Source: an uncultured delta proteobacterium
Lineage (GTDB): Bacteria; Desulfobacterota; Binatia; UBA9968
Direction of reading: 5' to 3'
DNA length: 64,000 nt
NCBI GenBank assembly: GCA_963737905.1
Contig: CAVTUQ010000027.1
Coordinates: forward strand, 64,001 to 128,000
The notes under the pieces are model-generated. The model made no database searches. It was given only the letters and a program-made list of their open reading frames with translations, and had not been told where the DNA came from. The translations under genes were made by a program, and so were the position numbers. How positions within the stretch are numbered: the stretch's first letter is position 1; each line of letters starts with the position of its first letter. Positions 24,581 through 34,527 of this stretch are shown one piece after another.

Positions 24581-25567
24581 TCAAGGTACGGGAACCAGCT
24601 GATCCGTCGCTGAACGGGTATCTTCCTCCCAGAGTTGAAGTAATTTTTGACTAACCGGACCGGGCTTGCCGTCGCCGATAGGCTTACCATCCCACTGAAC
24701 CACAGGCGCAACCTTGATAGAGCTGCCGATCAACATCATTTCGGCGGCCTGCCGACCTTCACTGACCGAAACGTCCGCAAGACGGATTCCTTTGAGGTCA
24801 CCTTGTGCGACCAGACGCTCGGCGAGCTCGAGCATCCGCTGGATGGTGATTCCGGAAAGGATCGCGTCGAAGGTGGGATGGCGAAACACCCGGTCTTGCG
24901 TGACAAAGGCGACATTCATGTTGGAGCTCTCGGCGACCATGCCGCGCTGATCGATGAACACACCGTTGTCGGCGCCGTGATCCTTGGCTTCCAGCACGAC
25001 TAAAACATTGGGCAGATAATTGGTCGACTTGGTGCGCGCAAAAAGTGGCGGCTTGATGGGGATCTGACTCGTAACCACTTTGACGCCTTCGGTGTAATAG
25101 CTTGGCGGGTAGAATTCTTGTTTGAAGACGATGACGTAAAAGCTGCTGCCGATGCATTCCGCCGGCCCTAGGGCAAAGCCCCCGGGTCCCGCCGATAACC
25201 AGTAACGAACCGACCCGTCGCGCTTGCCGCTGGCGGCGGCGGTGTCCAAGATAATTTGTCGGAGCTCTTCTCTCGAGAACGGAAGCGCAATGCGCGCCAG
25301 CTCCGCGGAACGAAGCAATCGATCCAGGTGAGGATCTAATTGATAGAGCATCCCGTGGGTCAAGGTGGCGGTATCGAAGACAGCATGGCCCCGATGAACC
25401 ATATGATCATCTAGGGGCAAAACCATCAGCGCGGGATCCGTGACAATACCGCCGAGAACGCTGGAATACATCGAGTAAAAGTTAACCGCTTTGGAATGGA
25501 CGACTTGCCGGAGGTGAGCGATGGCCTCATCCGTCACGAAGATCCGTGTTTTCTTCGGGCTCGACAT
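24581..25567 (-). CDS. PLP-dependent class IV aminotransferase (D-amino-acid transaminase / ADC lyase, plant-like subtype)
   Basis: DDHMVHRGHAVFDT, HLDRL, KSTNYLPN (PLP Lys), ILSGIT, GDGKPGP. Confidence 0.88.
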   Translation of the reverse strand: MSSPKKTRIFVTDEAIAHLRQVVHSKAVNFYSMYSSVLGGIVTDPALMVLPLDDHMVHRGHAVFDTATLTHGMLYQLDPHLDRLLRSAELARIALPFSREELRQIILDTAAASGKRDGSVRYWLSAGPGGFALGPAECIGSSFYVIVFKQEFYPPSYYTEGVKVVTSQIPIKPPLFARTKSTNYLPNVLVVLEAKDHGADNGVFIDQRGMVAESSNMNVAFVTQDRVFRHPTFDAILSGITIQRMLELAERLVAQGDLKGIRLADVSVSEGRQAAEMMLIGSSIKVAPVVQWDGKPIGDGKPGPVSQKLLQLWEEDTRSATDQLVPVP

Positions 25568-25618
25568 GCAGGGAGTGGGAGATCACATCAGAAAGACGAA
25601 TGATGGCGAGAAACAAAA

Positions 25619-26068
25619 TTAGCTGTCGAGTTCGGGTTTCGGAAGCGCAACAAAAGGAACGCCCTCTTCTGCAAGCTCAGCTGTTTCCTTAGGAGTTGCC
25701 GTGCCGTGGATGGGGCGTTCTTCCGCCTTACCGTGATGAATCTCCCGCGCCTCTTCGGCAAAGCGAGAACCTACGTCTTCAAAATTTTGCTTGATGTAAT
25801 GATGCACCTGGAGCAGCATTTCTTTAAACTCAGCGGGTGAGGGTGGTGTCGGAGGCGTCGCCGCCGGCTGCTCGAGCTTTTTCGGCGGAGCCGGCTGTTC
25901 TTTCTTCACATGGACGGCGCAGGCATGAGGCATCTTTTCTACTCGCTTGCTGCCGCATGTCGGGCAAGAAATCAGCTTTTTTTCGGCCTGTTTCTGGAAG
26001 TCTTCGAAGCTCGGAAACCAGCCTTCAAATTGATGCTTTTTCTTGCAGATAAGGTTGTAGACGACCAT
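25619..26068 (-). CDS. DUF1178 family protein
   Basis: YNLICKKKHQFEGWF, CPTCGS, FEDVGSRFAEEAREIH. Confidence 0.88.
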   Translation of the reverse strand: MVVYNLICKKKHQFEGWFPSFEDFQKQAEKKLISCPTCGSKRVEKMPHACAVHVKKEQPAPPKKLEQPAATPPTPPSPAEFKEMLLQVHHYIKQNFEDVGSRFAEEAREIHHGKAEERPIHGTATPKETAELAEEGVPFVALPKPELDS

Positions 26069-26239
26069 ACGATCCTGCAAGGTATGAATAATTTTGTTTT
26101 GGTAGGTTGTCAAGGGAGTAGGGATCTTGCGGGCAGCGGCCGAACAACGATATCCAGGACCGCAAACCGTGCTATGGCGGATTTATCTGTGTTTCCGGTA
26201 GTTTGACGAGGCGCGACGGCGTGCTAAGATCGCTTATCG

Positions 26240-27400
26240 ATGAGCCATGAATTTGCCATAAAGATCGTGCGCAAGGTTTGTGCGGTTCCACGCGAGACCT
26301 GGGATGCTCTGTTGGGCTCTGGATCGCCCTTTATGAAATGGGACTGGTTGGACAGCTTCGAGCAAACCGGTTGCGTCAACGAAGAGACCGGCTGGCTGCC
26401 GCACCATTTGGTAGTTGAGAAGGGCGGCAAGATTGTCGCTGTCTGCCCGTTGTATCTCAAACTGCACAGCATGGGAGAATTTATTTTTGACTGGGAATGG
26501 GCGGAGGCGGCCCACCGCGTCGGTATCCAATACTATCCCAAGATGTTGGTGGGCGTGCCGTTCACGCCCGTCACCGGCCCGCGCTTTCTCACGGCGCAGG
26601 ATGAAGACCGGAAGTCTCTGATCCGCCTCATGGGTCAAGCGCTCGCAAAGGTGGCCGCGGACAACAAGATATCTTCAGTTCATGTGAACTTTTGCTTGGT
26701 CGAGGAGAGGGAGGCTCTGGAAGAGGTCGGGTTTTTTGCCAGAGCCGGTCTTCAATTTCACTGGCAGAATCAGAATTTTCACACATTCGACGACTATCTA
26801 GGTAGTTTCCGCAGTGATCGTCGTAATAAAATTAAACGGGAGCGACGGGAAGTCGCTCAACGAGGAATCACCATCCGGGCCTTCGAAGGGGACGATCTCA
26901 CGCGAACCCAAATGCGCACTATGTTTCGCCTCTACAAAGGCCATGTCGATCGCCACTACTACGGCCGCCAATATCTCACGGCGGAGTTTTTTGATGAGAT
27001 TCACCGCCGGTTTGCGACGCATGTTTGTCTGATGCTGGCGGAGCGAGATGGAAAAGTCATCGCCGGGACGTTCAACGTGCGTGACGACACCGCGATGTAT
27101 GGCCGCTATTGGGGCGCCTTCGAAGAGCAACCTTTTTTGCATTTCAACGTCTGCTATTATTCCGCCATCGAACATTGCGTACGGTTGGGCTTGGAGCGTT
27201 TCGAAGCCGGCGCCGGCGGCAGCTTCAAGCAGCTTCGGGGACTGGACCCGGCACCGACTGGCAGCGTCCACTACATCGTCGAGGGAAAGTTCCGGCGCGC
27301 GGTGGAGCGATTCCTACAACAGGAACGGGAGCTGATCCGTCAGAAGCAGGACATGCTGCTGGACGGAAGCCAGCTAAAACGCACCATTCAGGAACCCTAG
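26240..27400 (+). CDS. GNAT/FemAB-like protein (DUF482 family)
   Basis: PLYLKLHSMGEFIFDWEWA, YYPK, VPFTPVTG, YGRYWG, LHFNVCYY, FEAGAGG. Confidence 0.9.
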   Translation: MSHEFAIKIVRKVCAVPRETWDALLGSGSPFMKWDWLDSFEQTGCVNEETGWLPHHLVVEKGGKIVAVCPLYLKLHSMGEFIFDWEWAEAAHRVGIQYYPKMLVGVPFTPVTGPRFLTAQDEDRKSLIRLMGQALAKVAADNKISSVHVNFCLVEEREALEEVGFFARAGLQFHWQNQNFHTFDDYLGSFRSDRRNKIKRERREVAQRGITIRAFEGDDLTRTQMRTMFRLYKGHVDRHYYGRQYLTAEFFDEIHRRFATHVCLMLAERDGKVIAGTFNVRDDTAMYGRYWGAFEEQPFLHFNVCYYSAIEHCVRLGLERFEAGAGGSFKQLRGLDPAPTGSVHYIVEGKFRRAVERFLQQERELIRQKQDMLLDGSQLKRTIQEP

Positions 27401-27408
27401 CCCCGGAT

Positions 27409-27484
27409 GTTCAAGGTTCAACGTTCCAGGTTCAATGTTTCAATTCGTTTCGGACTTTGAACATTGAACTTTGAACCTTGAACT
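27409..27484. repeat. Palindrome of GTTCAAN heptamer tandems (copy 1)
   Basis: GTTCAAG GTTCAAC GTTCCAG GTTCAAT ... TTGAACA TTGAACT TTGAACC TTGAACT. Confidence 0.85.
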
Positions 27485-27615
27485 CAAAACCCCACACTCA
27501 CTACGGAGGGCTCGTTCCTCCAGTGTTGTCACGAGTGAATAAGCTCTTGCAGCGCTTGCCCCATTCCTTGACAGCTTCATAGCTTTCTTCTAACGTCGCC
27601 TGCGGAGTCAAAGTC

Positions 27616-28392
27616 GTGAAACCCGCCGTGAAGAACGTTGTCGAGCCGGTGATCTTTTTCGCCGTGCTCTTGATTCTGTGGGAGATCTTGGTCGAGCTGA
27701 TCAAAGTTCCCTCTTTTATCTTGCCGCCGCCGGGAGACTTGTGGACGTCCTTCATAAAGAAGCTGCCGATCCTGGGCAATCACTCCCTGATTACATTCGT
27801 CGAAGCGGTGGGTGGATTTACTCTCTCTTTGGTTCTCGGGGTGACATTCGCCATTGCCGTGGTCTACTCGCGCCATCTCCAGAATACGCTTTACCCTCTC
27901 ATCGTCATTCTCTACGCCATGCCGAAGAGCGCCTTTGCGCCGCTCATGGTAATCTGGGTGGGTTACGGGCTTACTTCCAAGATTGCGATTGCTTTCCTGG
28001 TGGCCTTCTTTCCTATCGTCGTGAATACCGTCGTGGGACTTAAGGAAGTGGAGCCAGAGCTTCTGGACTTGGCGCGAATCAACCGCGGATCGCAGTTCGA
28101 TATCTTCAAAAAGATTCGGCTCCCTAATTCGATACCCTTCATGTTCGCCGGGATCAAAGTCGCGATCGTTCTTTCCGTCACGGGCGCCATCGTGGCGGAA
28201 TTTGTTGCCGCCAACGAAGGGCTGGGCTATCTGGTGCTGCAGGCGAACTATAGCCTGGATACGGCCTTTGCCCTGGTGGTCCTGCTTATTTTGGCCGTTC
28301 TGTCATTAGGTCTTTTTTGGTTGGTCGAGATCGTGCAAAGAAAAATCGCTCCCTGGAGCGCTGAAGTTCGTCAAGTAGAAGGCTCGTTCTAA
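27616..28392 (+). CDS. ABC transporter permease (NitT/TauT family)
   Basis: TM helices, FFPIVVNT, GAIVAEF, GLGYL. Confidence 0.9.
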   Translation: MKPAVKNVVEPVIFFAVLLILWEILVELIKVPSFILPPPGDLWTSFIKKLPILGNHSLITFVEAVGGFTLSLVLGVTFAIAVVYSRHLQNTLYPLIVILYAMPKSAFAPLMVIWVGYGLTSKIAIAFLVAFFPIVVNTVVGLKEVEPELLDLARINRGSQFDIFKKIRLPNSIPFMFAGIKVAIVLSVTGAIVAEFVAANEGLGYLVLQANYSLDTAFALVVLLILAVLSLGLFWLVEIVQRKIAPWSAEVRQVEGSF

Positions 28393-28406
28393 AAATATTA
28401 CGGAGG

Positions 28407-29435
28407 ATGATGATGGCATTACTGAAGAAGCATTTTTCCCTCTGGTCTCCGGCGATCATGGCAGCCGTAGTCGTTGCGCTGATTTCTTTTACTTCCGCTG
28501 GTTCCAACGCCGCCGAGACCAAATCCGGTACCATCCGTCTTGATTTTATCATCGGGGGAAAACATGCCCCCTGGTTCGTGGCCCTGGAAAAGGGCTTTTA
28601 CGCAAAACGAGGCCTGACAGCGACGATTCAGGCGGGCAGTGGGTCTGCGGACACAGTGCGGGCCATCGCCGCGGGACTCGCCGACTTCGGATTCGCAGAC
28701 ATCTCGACTGCGATTGTGGCTCGATCGCGCGGAACGCCAGTGCAGATAGTGGCACAGTTCGGATATGTTCCCGCGACCATCATGTGGCGCGAGGATACGG
28801 CGATCAAAAAGCTGAAAGATCTGGAAGGCAAGTCTTGGGCGATCAGTCCGGGGCAGGCGCAGTGGTACTTGATGCCGGCCTACTGCCGGATCAACAAGAT
28901 CGATTTCAAATCCATCAAGATCCAAGAAACCGCGGCGCCGATTCAACCTGCGGCGCTCGTGGCGAAGAAGACTGATTTTATCGTCATGTACCGCGCCTCA
29001 AACGATGAGGTGGCGGAGTTGGCAGCCACCAAACAAGGAATGAAATTGAACAGGATCTTCATGAAAGACACGGGGCTCGATATCTATGGTACCGGCTTGA
29101 TTGTGAAAGATGAGGACGTCAAGCTGCGCCCGCAGTTGGTCCAGGCGTATGTTGAAGGGACGATGGAGGGACTTCGCTATACGCGAGATCATCAGGAAGA
29201 AGCCCTGCAGATCTTGCTCAAACGCAAACCCGAGCTGGACCTGGCTTTGACGACCCTGCAGCTTAAGAATGCGCTCTACGAGGTGTTCATTCCGCCGGAG
29301 TCCGTGCAGTCAGGCCTGGGCTTCATGAAACCAAATATTATGGATAAAACGGTTCGCATTACCAACGAGTATTTCGATATGGGGCGAAAGGTGACGGCGG
29401 CGGAGGTTTTTACCAACCGATTCGTCAAGCCGTAA
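28407..29435 (+). CDS. ABC substrate-binding protein (NMT1/THI5-like)
   Basis: Signal peptide, HAPWFVALEKGFY, GSGSADT, KDLEGK. Confidence 0.88.
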   Translation: MMMALLKKHFSLWSPAIMAAVVVALISFTSAGSNAAETKSGTIRLDFIIGGKHAPWFVALEKGFYAKRGLTATIQAGSGSADTVRAIAAGLADFGFADISTAIVARSRGTPVQIVAQFGYVPATIMWREDTAIKKLKDLEGKSWAISPGQAQWYLMPAYCRINKIDFKSIKIQETAAPIQPAALVAKKTDFIVMYRASNDEVAELAATKQGMKLNRIFMKDTGLDIYGTGLIVKDEDVKLRPQLVQAYVEGTMEGLRYTRDHQEEALQILLKRKPELDLALTTLQLKNALYEVFIPPESVQSGLGFMKPNIMDKTVRITNEYFDMGRKVTAAEVFTNRFVKP

Positions 29436-29465
29436 ACCGAAAGAGAAGAGTTCCGAGACCTCGAC

Positions 29466-30257
29466 GTGCCGCTCATCGCGCTTCAGAACGTTTCAAGAGT
29501 CTTTACGAGCGACACGAAGACCGTTCCTGCCCTCGAAAAAGTGTCCTTTGAGATCCAGACAGGCGATTTTGTTTCCCTGGTGGGTCCCAGCGGTTGCGGC
29601 AAGAGCACGCTGCTCAAAATCGTTTCAGGGCTGCTTCCGGCTTCCTCCGGAAGCGTTGCCGTAAGTGACAACCCGGTGGATGGGCCGCTGGAAAATGTCG
29701 GCATGGTCTTTCAATCGCCGGTCCTCTTAAAGTGGCGGCCGGTTTTGGGCAACGTTCTTTTACCGGTGGAATTTGCGAAATTGGACGTTTCGAGCCATGT
29801 CGAACGTGCTCGCTCGTTACTCAAGTTGGTCGGCCTGGCGGGGTTCGAAGAGATGTATCCCCATCAGCTTTCCGGCGGCATGCAGCAGCGAGTTTCCCTT
29901 TGCCGCGCTTTGGTGACGGACCCGCAACTGCTCCTCATGGATGAGCCTTTCGGAGCGCTCGACGCCATGACGCGCGACGAGTTGGACATCGAGTTGCTGC
30001 GAATCTGGCAAGAGAGAAAGAAGACCGTCCTCTTCGTGACCCACAGTATTCAGGAAGCGGTGTTTCTCTCAGACCACGTCATCGTGATGTCATCCCGGCC
30101 GGGCAGGCTTTTGGCGCAGATCTCGATCAAATTGCCACGGCCGAGAACGATGGAGATGATGAGCACAACGCAATTTGGTGAATATTCCTTCAAAATACGC
30201 AGCCTGCTTCAAGGGGTCGATGGTATTCCTGCCGCTGTGCCGGGTTCCACCGCGTGA
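29466..30257 (+). CDS. ABC ATP-binding protein (NitT/TauT)
   Basis: GPSGCGKST, LSGGMQQR, MDEPFGALDA. Confidence 0.93.
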   Translation: MPLIALQNVSRVFTSDTKTVPALEKVSFEIQTGDFVSLVGPSGCGKSTLLKIVSGLLPASSGSVAVSDNPVDGPLENVGMVFQSPVLLKWRPVLGNVLLPVEFAKLDVSSHVERARSLLKLVGLAGFEEMYPHQLSGGMQQRVSLCRALVTDPQLLLMDEPFGALDAMTRDELDIELLRIWQERKKTVLFVTHSIQEAVFLSDHVIVMSSRPGRLLAQISIKLPRPRTMEMMSTTQFGEYSFKIRSLLQGVDGIPAAVPGSTA

Positions 30258-30334
30258 ATTTGTTTCCTTCGCGGGCTATAATACGGGCAATTTCAATTTC
30301 CATTCACTAAGACTCGCAAACATTCACCTTTCGC

Positions 30335-31379
30335 ATGGCACTATCCAGAGAAATGACCTACGCCAAGGCAGGCGTAAATATCGCAGCAGGCGATGAACTG
30401 GTGCGCCGCATCGGTCGGATCGCGTCGAGAACCAAGCGATCGGGAGTGCTTGCAGGTGTCGGAGGATTCAGCGCGCTCTTCGATCTAAAAGGGCGAGGCT
30501 TTCGCCAGCCGGTGCTGGTTTCTTCCACCGACGGCGTTGGAACCAAACTCAAAGTGGCATTCATGATGAAGAAACACGATACCGTTGGCATTGATCTTGT
30601 GGCCATGGGCGTGAATGATATCATCACTCAAAGCGCCGAGCCGCTTTTTTTCTTGGACTACTTTGTTTGCGGCAGGCTTGACGTCGATGTCGCTGAAGCT
30701 AGTCATCGAGGGCATTGCGGCGGGCTGTCGTCAGGCAGGCTGTGTATTGATCGGGGGCGAGACTGCTGAGCATCCCGGTGATTTTCCCGGCGGTGAATAT
30801 GATCTGGCTGGTTTTGTAGTTGGAGTCGTCGAAAGGAAGAATATTCTTAACCCCAAGTCGATTGTGCCGGGAGATGTTCTGATCGGGCTTCCGTCCAGTG
30901 GTCTTCATAGCAACGGTTATTCGTTGGCGCGAAAGGTCTTGCTTGAGGCGGGTCGGCTGAAACTGCATCAACGGATGCCCGAGCTAGGGAGGAGTTTGGG
31001 GGAGGAGTTGTTGGAGCCGACACGGATTTACGTGAAGATGACTCGGGATCTGTTCGCAAAACATTCGATCAAAGGCGCAGCCCATATCACGGGCGGAGGT
31101 ATCCCGGGCAACCTGCCGAGGATTTTGCCTGAGGGCCGTCGAGCCTGGATCAGCCGGCAACGTTGGCCCGTTCCGCCGGTGTTCGATTTGATCCAAAAGA
31201 TCGGCCGCGTTTCACGAGACGAGATGGACCGGACCTTCAATAACGGCCTGGGCATGATCCTGGTTGTCGGCAGGCAGCAGGTGGACGGTGTTATCTCGAT
31301 GCTTAAGAAAATGCGCGAGCGGCACTTTATAGTTGGAGAGATCAAAAAAGGCAGCCGGGGGGTTACTTTTGTTTCCTGA
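30335..31379 (+). CDS. purM: Phosphoribosylformylglycinamidine cyclo-ligase, one apparent frameshift near 30700
   Basis: [23 protein letters not shown] in frame 1; [33 protein letters not shown] in frame 2. Confidence 0.95.
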
Positions 31380-31389
31380 GGGACAAGCC

Positions 31390-32052
31390 ATGCGAAGACC
31401 AGCTCCCATCGGGGTATTGATTTCCGGCAGCGGCACCAATCTTCAATCCATCATCGATGCCATCGAGGCGAAAGAGCTGGACGCGAAAATCCAGGTCGTG
31501 CTCAGCAACCGCGCCGATGCCTACGGTCTCGTGCGAGCCAAAAAACACGGGATTCCAATCGAGGTTCTGGATCACAAGAGGTTTCCTAGCCGAGAGGCTT
31601 TTGATCAGGCGGTGGTCGATATTTTGCGGGACCACGAAGTGGAACTGGTTGTGCTTGCTGGTTTTATGCGGCTCCTGTCCCCCGTATTCGTGGGCGCTTA
31701 TTCCAACCGCATCATGAACATTCACCCGGCAGTGCTTCCCGCGTTTCCCGGACTTCATGCGCAGAAAAAAGCCGTGGAGCACGGCGTGCGATTTTCCGGC
31801 TGTACGGTTCACTTTGTCAACGAAGAGTGCGATGAGGGTCCCATCATCATTCAAGCCGTGGTACCGGTGTTTGCGGAGGATACGGAGGAGTCCCTTGCCT
31901 CTCGCATCCTGGAGCAAGAACATCGTATCTATCCCCGCGCGATCCAACTTTACAGTGAGGGCCGATTACGCATCGAAGGGCGAAAGGTCTTTGTCGAAGG
32001 TATCGCCAGGGAAGAAAACCAGGTGCTTGTCCTGCCGCCGTTAAAGAGATGA
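31390..32052 (+). CDS. purN: Phosphoribosylglycinamide formyltransferase
   Basis: LISGSGTNLQ, LAGFMR, NIHP, GCTVHFV, EHRIYP. Confidence 0.96.
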   Translation: MRRPAPIGVLISGSGTNLQSIIDAIEAKELDAKIQVVLSNRADAYGLVRAKKHGIPIEVLDHKRFPSREAFDQAVVDILRDHEVELVVLAGFMRLLSPVFVGAYSNRIMNIHPAVLPAFPGLHAQKKAVEHGVRFSGCTVHFVNEECDEGPIIIQAVVPVFAEDTEESLASRILEQEHRIYPRAIQLYSEGRLRIEGRKVFVEGIAREENQVLVLPPLKR

Positions 32053-33030
32053 AGAAAACCAAGCCGGTGCTTATGTTTCTCATGAAGCTCCTGGTCAGCA
32101 CCGGGCTGATCGTCTTTTTTCTCACGCAGATTCATATCGAGCGGTTCCTTGGAACGTTGCTGTCAGCCAGGTTTTCCTACATTGCGCTAGCGCTGGTTGT
32201 CTATCTTCTCTCCCAGATCTTAAGCGCCGGGAGATGGATGGTTTTAGCCCGTCCTCTGGGCTTCGAGGAACCGTTCGGAGAGATCGTTGTTTATTATCTC
32301 ATCGGGATGTTTTTCAATTTATTTGCGCCGGGAACCGTGGGCGGGGATGTCAGCCGCGTTTACTATCTGGCGCGCAATGACAAAACTCATGGGGAAAAGG
32401 GGGGCTGGGCGGTCTCGACCGTTCCCGCCGCCGTTTCCGTGTTCATGGATCGCGCCGTGGGAATGACCGCGCTTGTCTGGCTCGGTGCCATTGGACTTGT
32501 AATGTTCCCCGAGTATCCTGTGCCGGCGCCCATACGCTCCCTGACCTTTGCCCTCGCCGTAGGATTGGTTGTCGCCGCGGCTCTCGTGCCCTTGTTTCGG
32601 CGCTTTCTTCCGGAGGACGGTCATCCGGTCGTGGTGAAATTGAGATTTGCCTTGAGAGCCTATCGCACCCAGCGGAGCGTTATTCCCAAGGCGATCGTCT
32701 TTTCGTTTCTCCTGCATTTGATTCAGGCCTGGATCCATATGCTATTGGGATGGGCTACTTCAGATCGACATTCCTTTTTCTTACTGTATTATCCTTTATC
32801 CGTTGGTTGGCACATTTGCGGCAATTCCGATCAGTCTCAACGGCATCGGCCTGCGCGAGGGGGGATACCTTTTCTTGCTCGGTCTTATCGGGATCAATGC
32901 CGAGAAGGGTGTCGCGTTCGGGTTGCTGCTGTTTCTGATTGTTGCCGTTGATAGCTTGATCGGCGGCCTTTTGTTCTTAATGAAGAAGAGTTCTAAACCG
33001 GTCGATGATGTTTTAGCGAAGTCAATTTAG
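32049..33030 (+). CDS. Lysylphosphatidylglycerol synthase TM / flippase-like membrane protein, frameshift near 32760
   Basis: RW, FFNLFAPGTVGGD; IPISLNGIGLREG lies in a second frame. Confidence 0.82.
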
Positions 33031-34379
33031 CTCAGATAGCCACGGAATAGAGTGGCGAGACCTAAAAACGAAAGAAAGCCGAAGGCATCCGTGAGACCGG
33101 TTACGATGATACCGGCTCCCATAGCCGGATCGAACTTTAATGCCTTCAAGAGCAGCGGAATGACTGCACCGGAAAAACCCGCCATCAAGCCGAGATTGAG
33201 AATCATTGCGCTGGCAAGAACCAATCCGAGATAAGGATTGCCTTTCCAGAGAAAGGCGGCTACGGCTATCACCCCACCGGCGGCAAGGGCGATACAGATA
33301 TTGACCAGGACTTGCTTAACGACGGCCTTCCAGGCAGAAGAAAATTCGAGCTCACCCAGCGCAATCGCGCGAATGATAACCGTGGCCGTCTGAGTGGCGC
33401 CGTTCCCGCCGACGCCGGCGATGACGGGCATGAAGGTGACCAGAGCGATGATCTCGTGCAGGGTCCCTTCGAATAAACCCACCACGGAGGCCGCTAGCGT
33501 TGCCGTCATCAAATTCAAAATGGTCCAGGGCAACCGCATTTTTACCGAGCGGGAGACGGGTGTGAAGACACGATCCTCTTCCGCCAACCCCGCCATCTTG
33601 TACATGTCTTCGGTGGCCTCTTTGTCGATAATGTCGATGACATCATCAACCGTAATAATCCCTTCCAACCGTCCGGATTCATCAACAATGGGCAAGGCGA
33701 GCAACTCGTATTTTGAGACCAAGCGCGCGGCTTCTTCCTGATCCATCATGACGTTGGCTCTTATAGGATCGGCGATCATCATGTCGCCCAGAATGCGATT
33801 CGGTGGCGCCACCACCAAATTGCGCAAGGGGACCACGCCTACCAGCTTGCCGGATTCGTCAACCACATAGAGATAGAAGAAGGTTTCCAATTCGCCGCGC
33901 TGGCGGATCTTATCAATGGCGCCCTGGGCGGTCGTGTTCGGCAGGAAGGTCATGAAATCCGTGGTCATGATGCGCCCGACGCTTCCTTCCGGATAGCTGA
34001 TCAACTCGCGGACTTCAGCGCGGCGCTTTGGGTCCAAAAGCGCGATAATTCGTTCTCGCCGCTCCTCGGGAAGACTGTCGATGAACGTCACCGCGTCGTC
34101 CGGATCCGCCCGGGCGATCATCCGGCTCACCTTGTCATCGTCGAGCAGCGCGAGGATGTCGGGGAGCAGTTCAGGAGGGAGTTCTTTGAGCGCTTTGTCG
34201 GCGCGGCGCGCCGAAAGAAGGATATCGAAAAGCTGCCTGACTTCCGGCGGCTCTAGGTCTTTGAACAACAAGGCGATATCAGCGGGATGGCGCTGGCCAA
34301 TAAATCTCAAGACACGGTCCGGCGTAGCGGTGCGGAGCATCTCCCGTACGGTGTCATGATCGATGGGGGCGGGCTTCAT
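33027..34379 (-). CDS. mgtE: Magnesium transporter
   Basis: HPADIA, CBS pair, RLPW, GGNGATQ, DPAMGAG...TDAFG. Confidence 0.95.
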   Translation of the reverse strand: MKPAPIDHDTVREMLRTATPDRVLRFIGQRHPADIALLFKDLEPPEVRQLFDILLSARRADKALKELPPELLPDILALLDDDKVSRMIARADPDDAVTFIDSLPEERRERIIALLDPKRRAEVRELISYPEGSVGRIMTTDFMTFLPNTTAQGAIDKIRQRGELETFFYLYVVDESGKLVGVVPLRNLVVAPPNRILGDMMIADPIRANVMMDQEEAARLVSKYELLALPIVDESGRLEGIITVDDVIDIIDKEATEDMYKMAGLAEEDRVFTPVSRSVKMRLPWTILNLMTATLAASVVGLFEGTLHEIIALVTFMPVIAGVGGNGATQTATVIIRAIALGELEFSSAWKAVVKQVLVNICIALAAGGVIAVAAFLWKGNPYLGLVLASAMILNLGLMAGFSGAVIPLLLKALKFDPAMGAGIIVTGLTDAFGFLSFLGLATLFRGYLS

Positions 34380-34527
34380 GCTGTGGTCTCGGGAATCAAG
34401 CTGGTTCTTTCATAACCATTGGTATACGGATTTGCAAATTTATTATGACGATAGGCCGCTTAAAAGCACAGGGGAAATTTGCTATCTTGCCTTGGCGTGG
34501 ACGCCTAGAGAGGGAGAAGAAAAACCG

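Noticed and set aside
27409-27484. Heptamer arrays as a CRISPR array
   Set aside because: Units are 7 nt, inverted, have no spacers, and there are no cas genes in the window.
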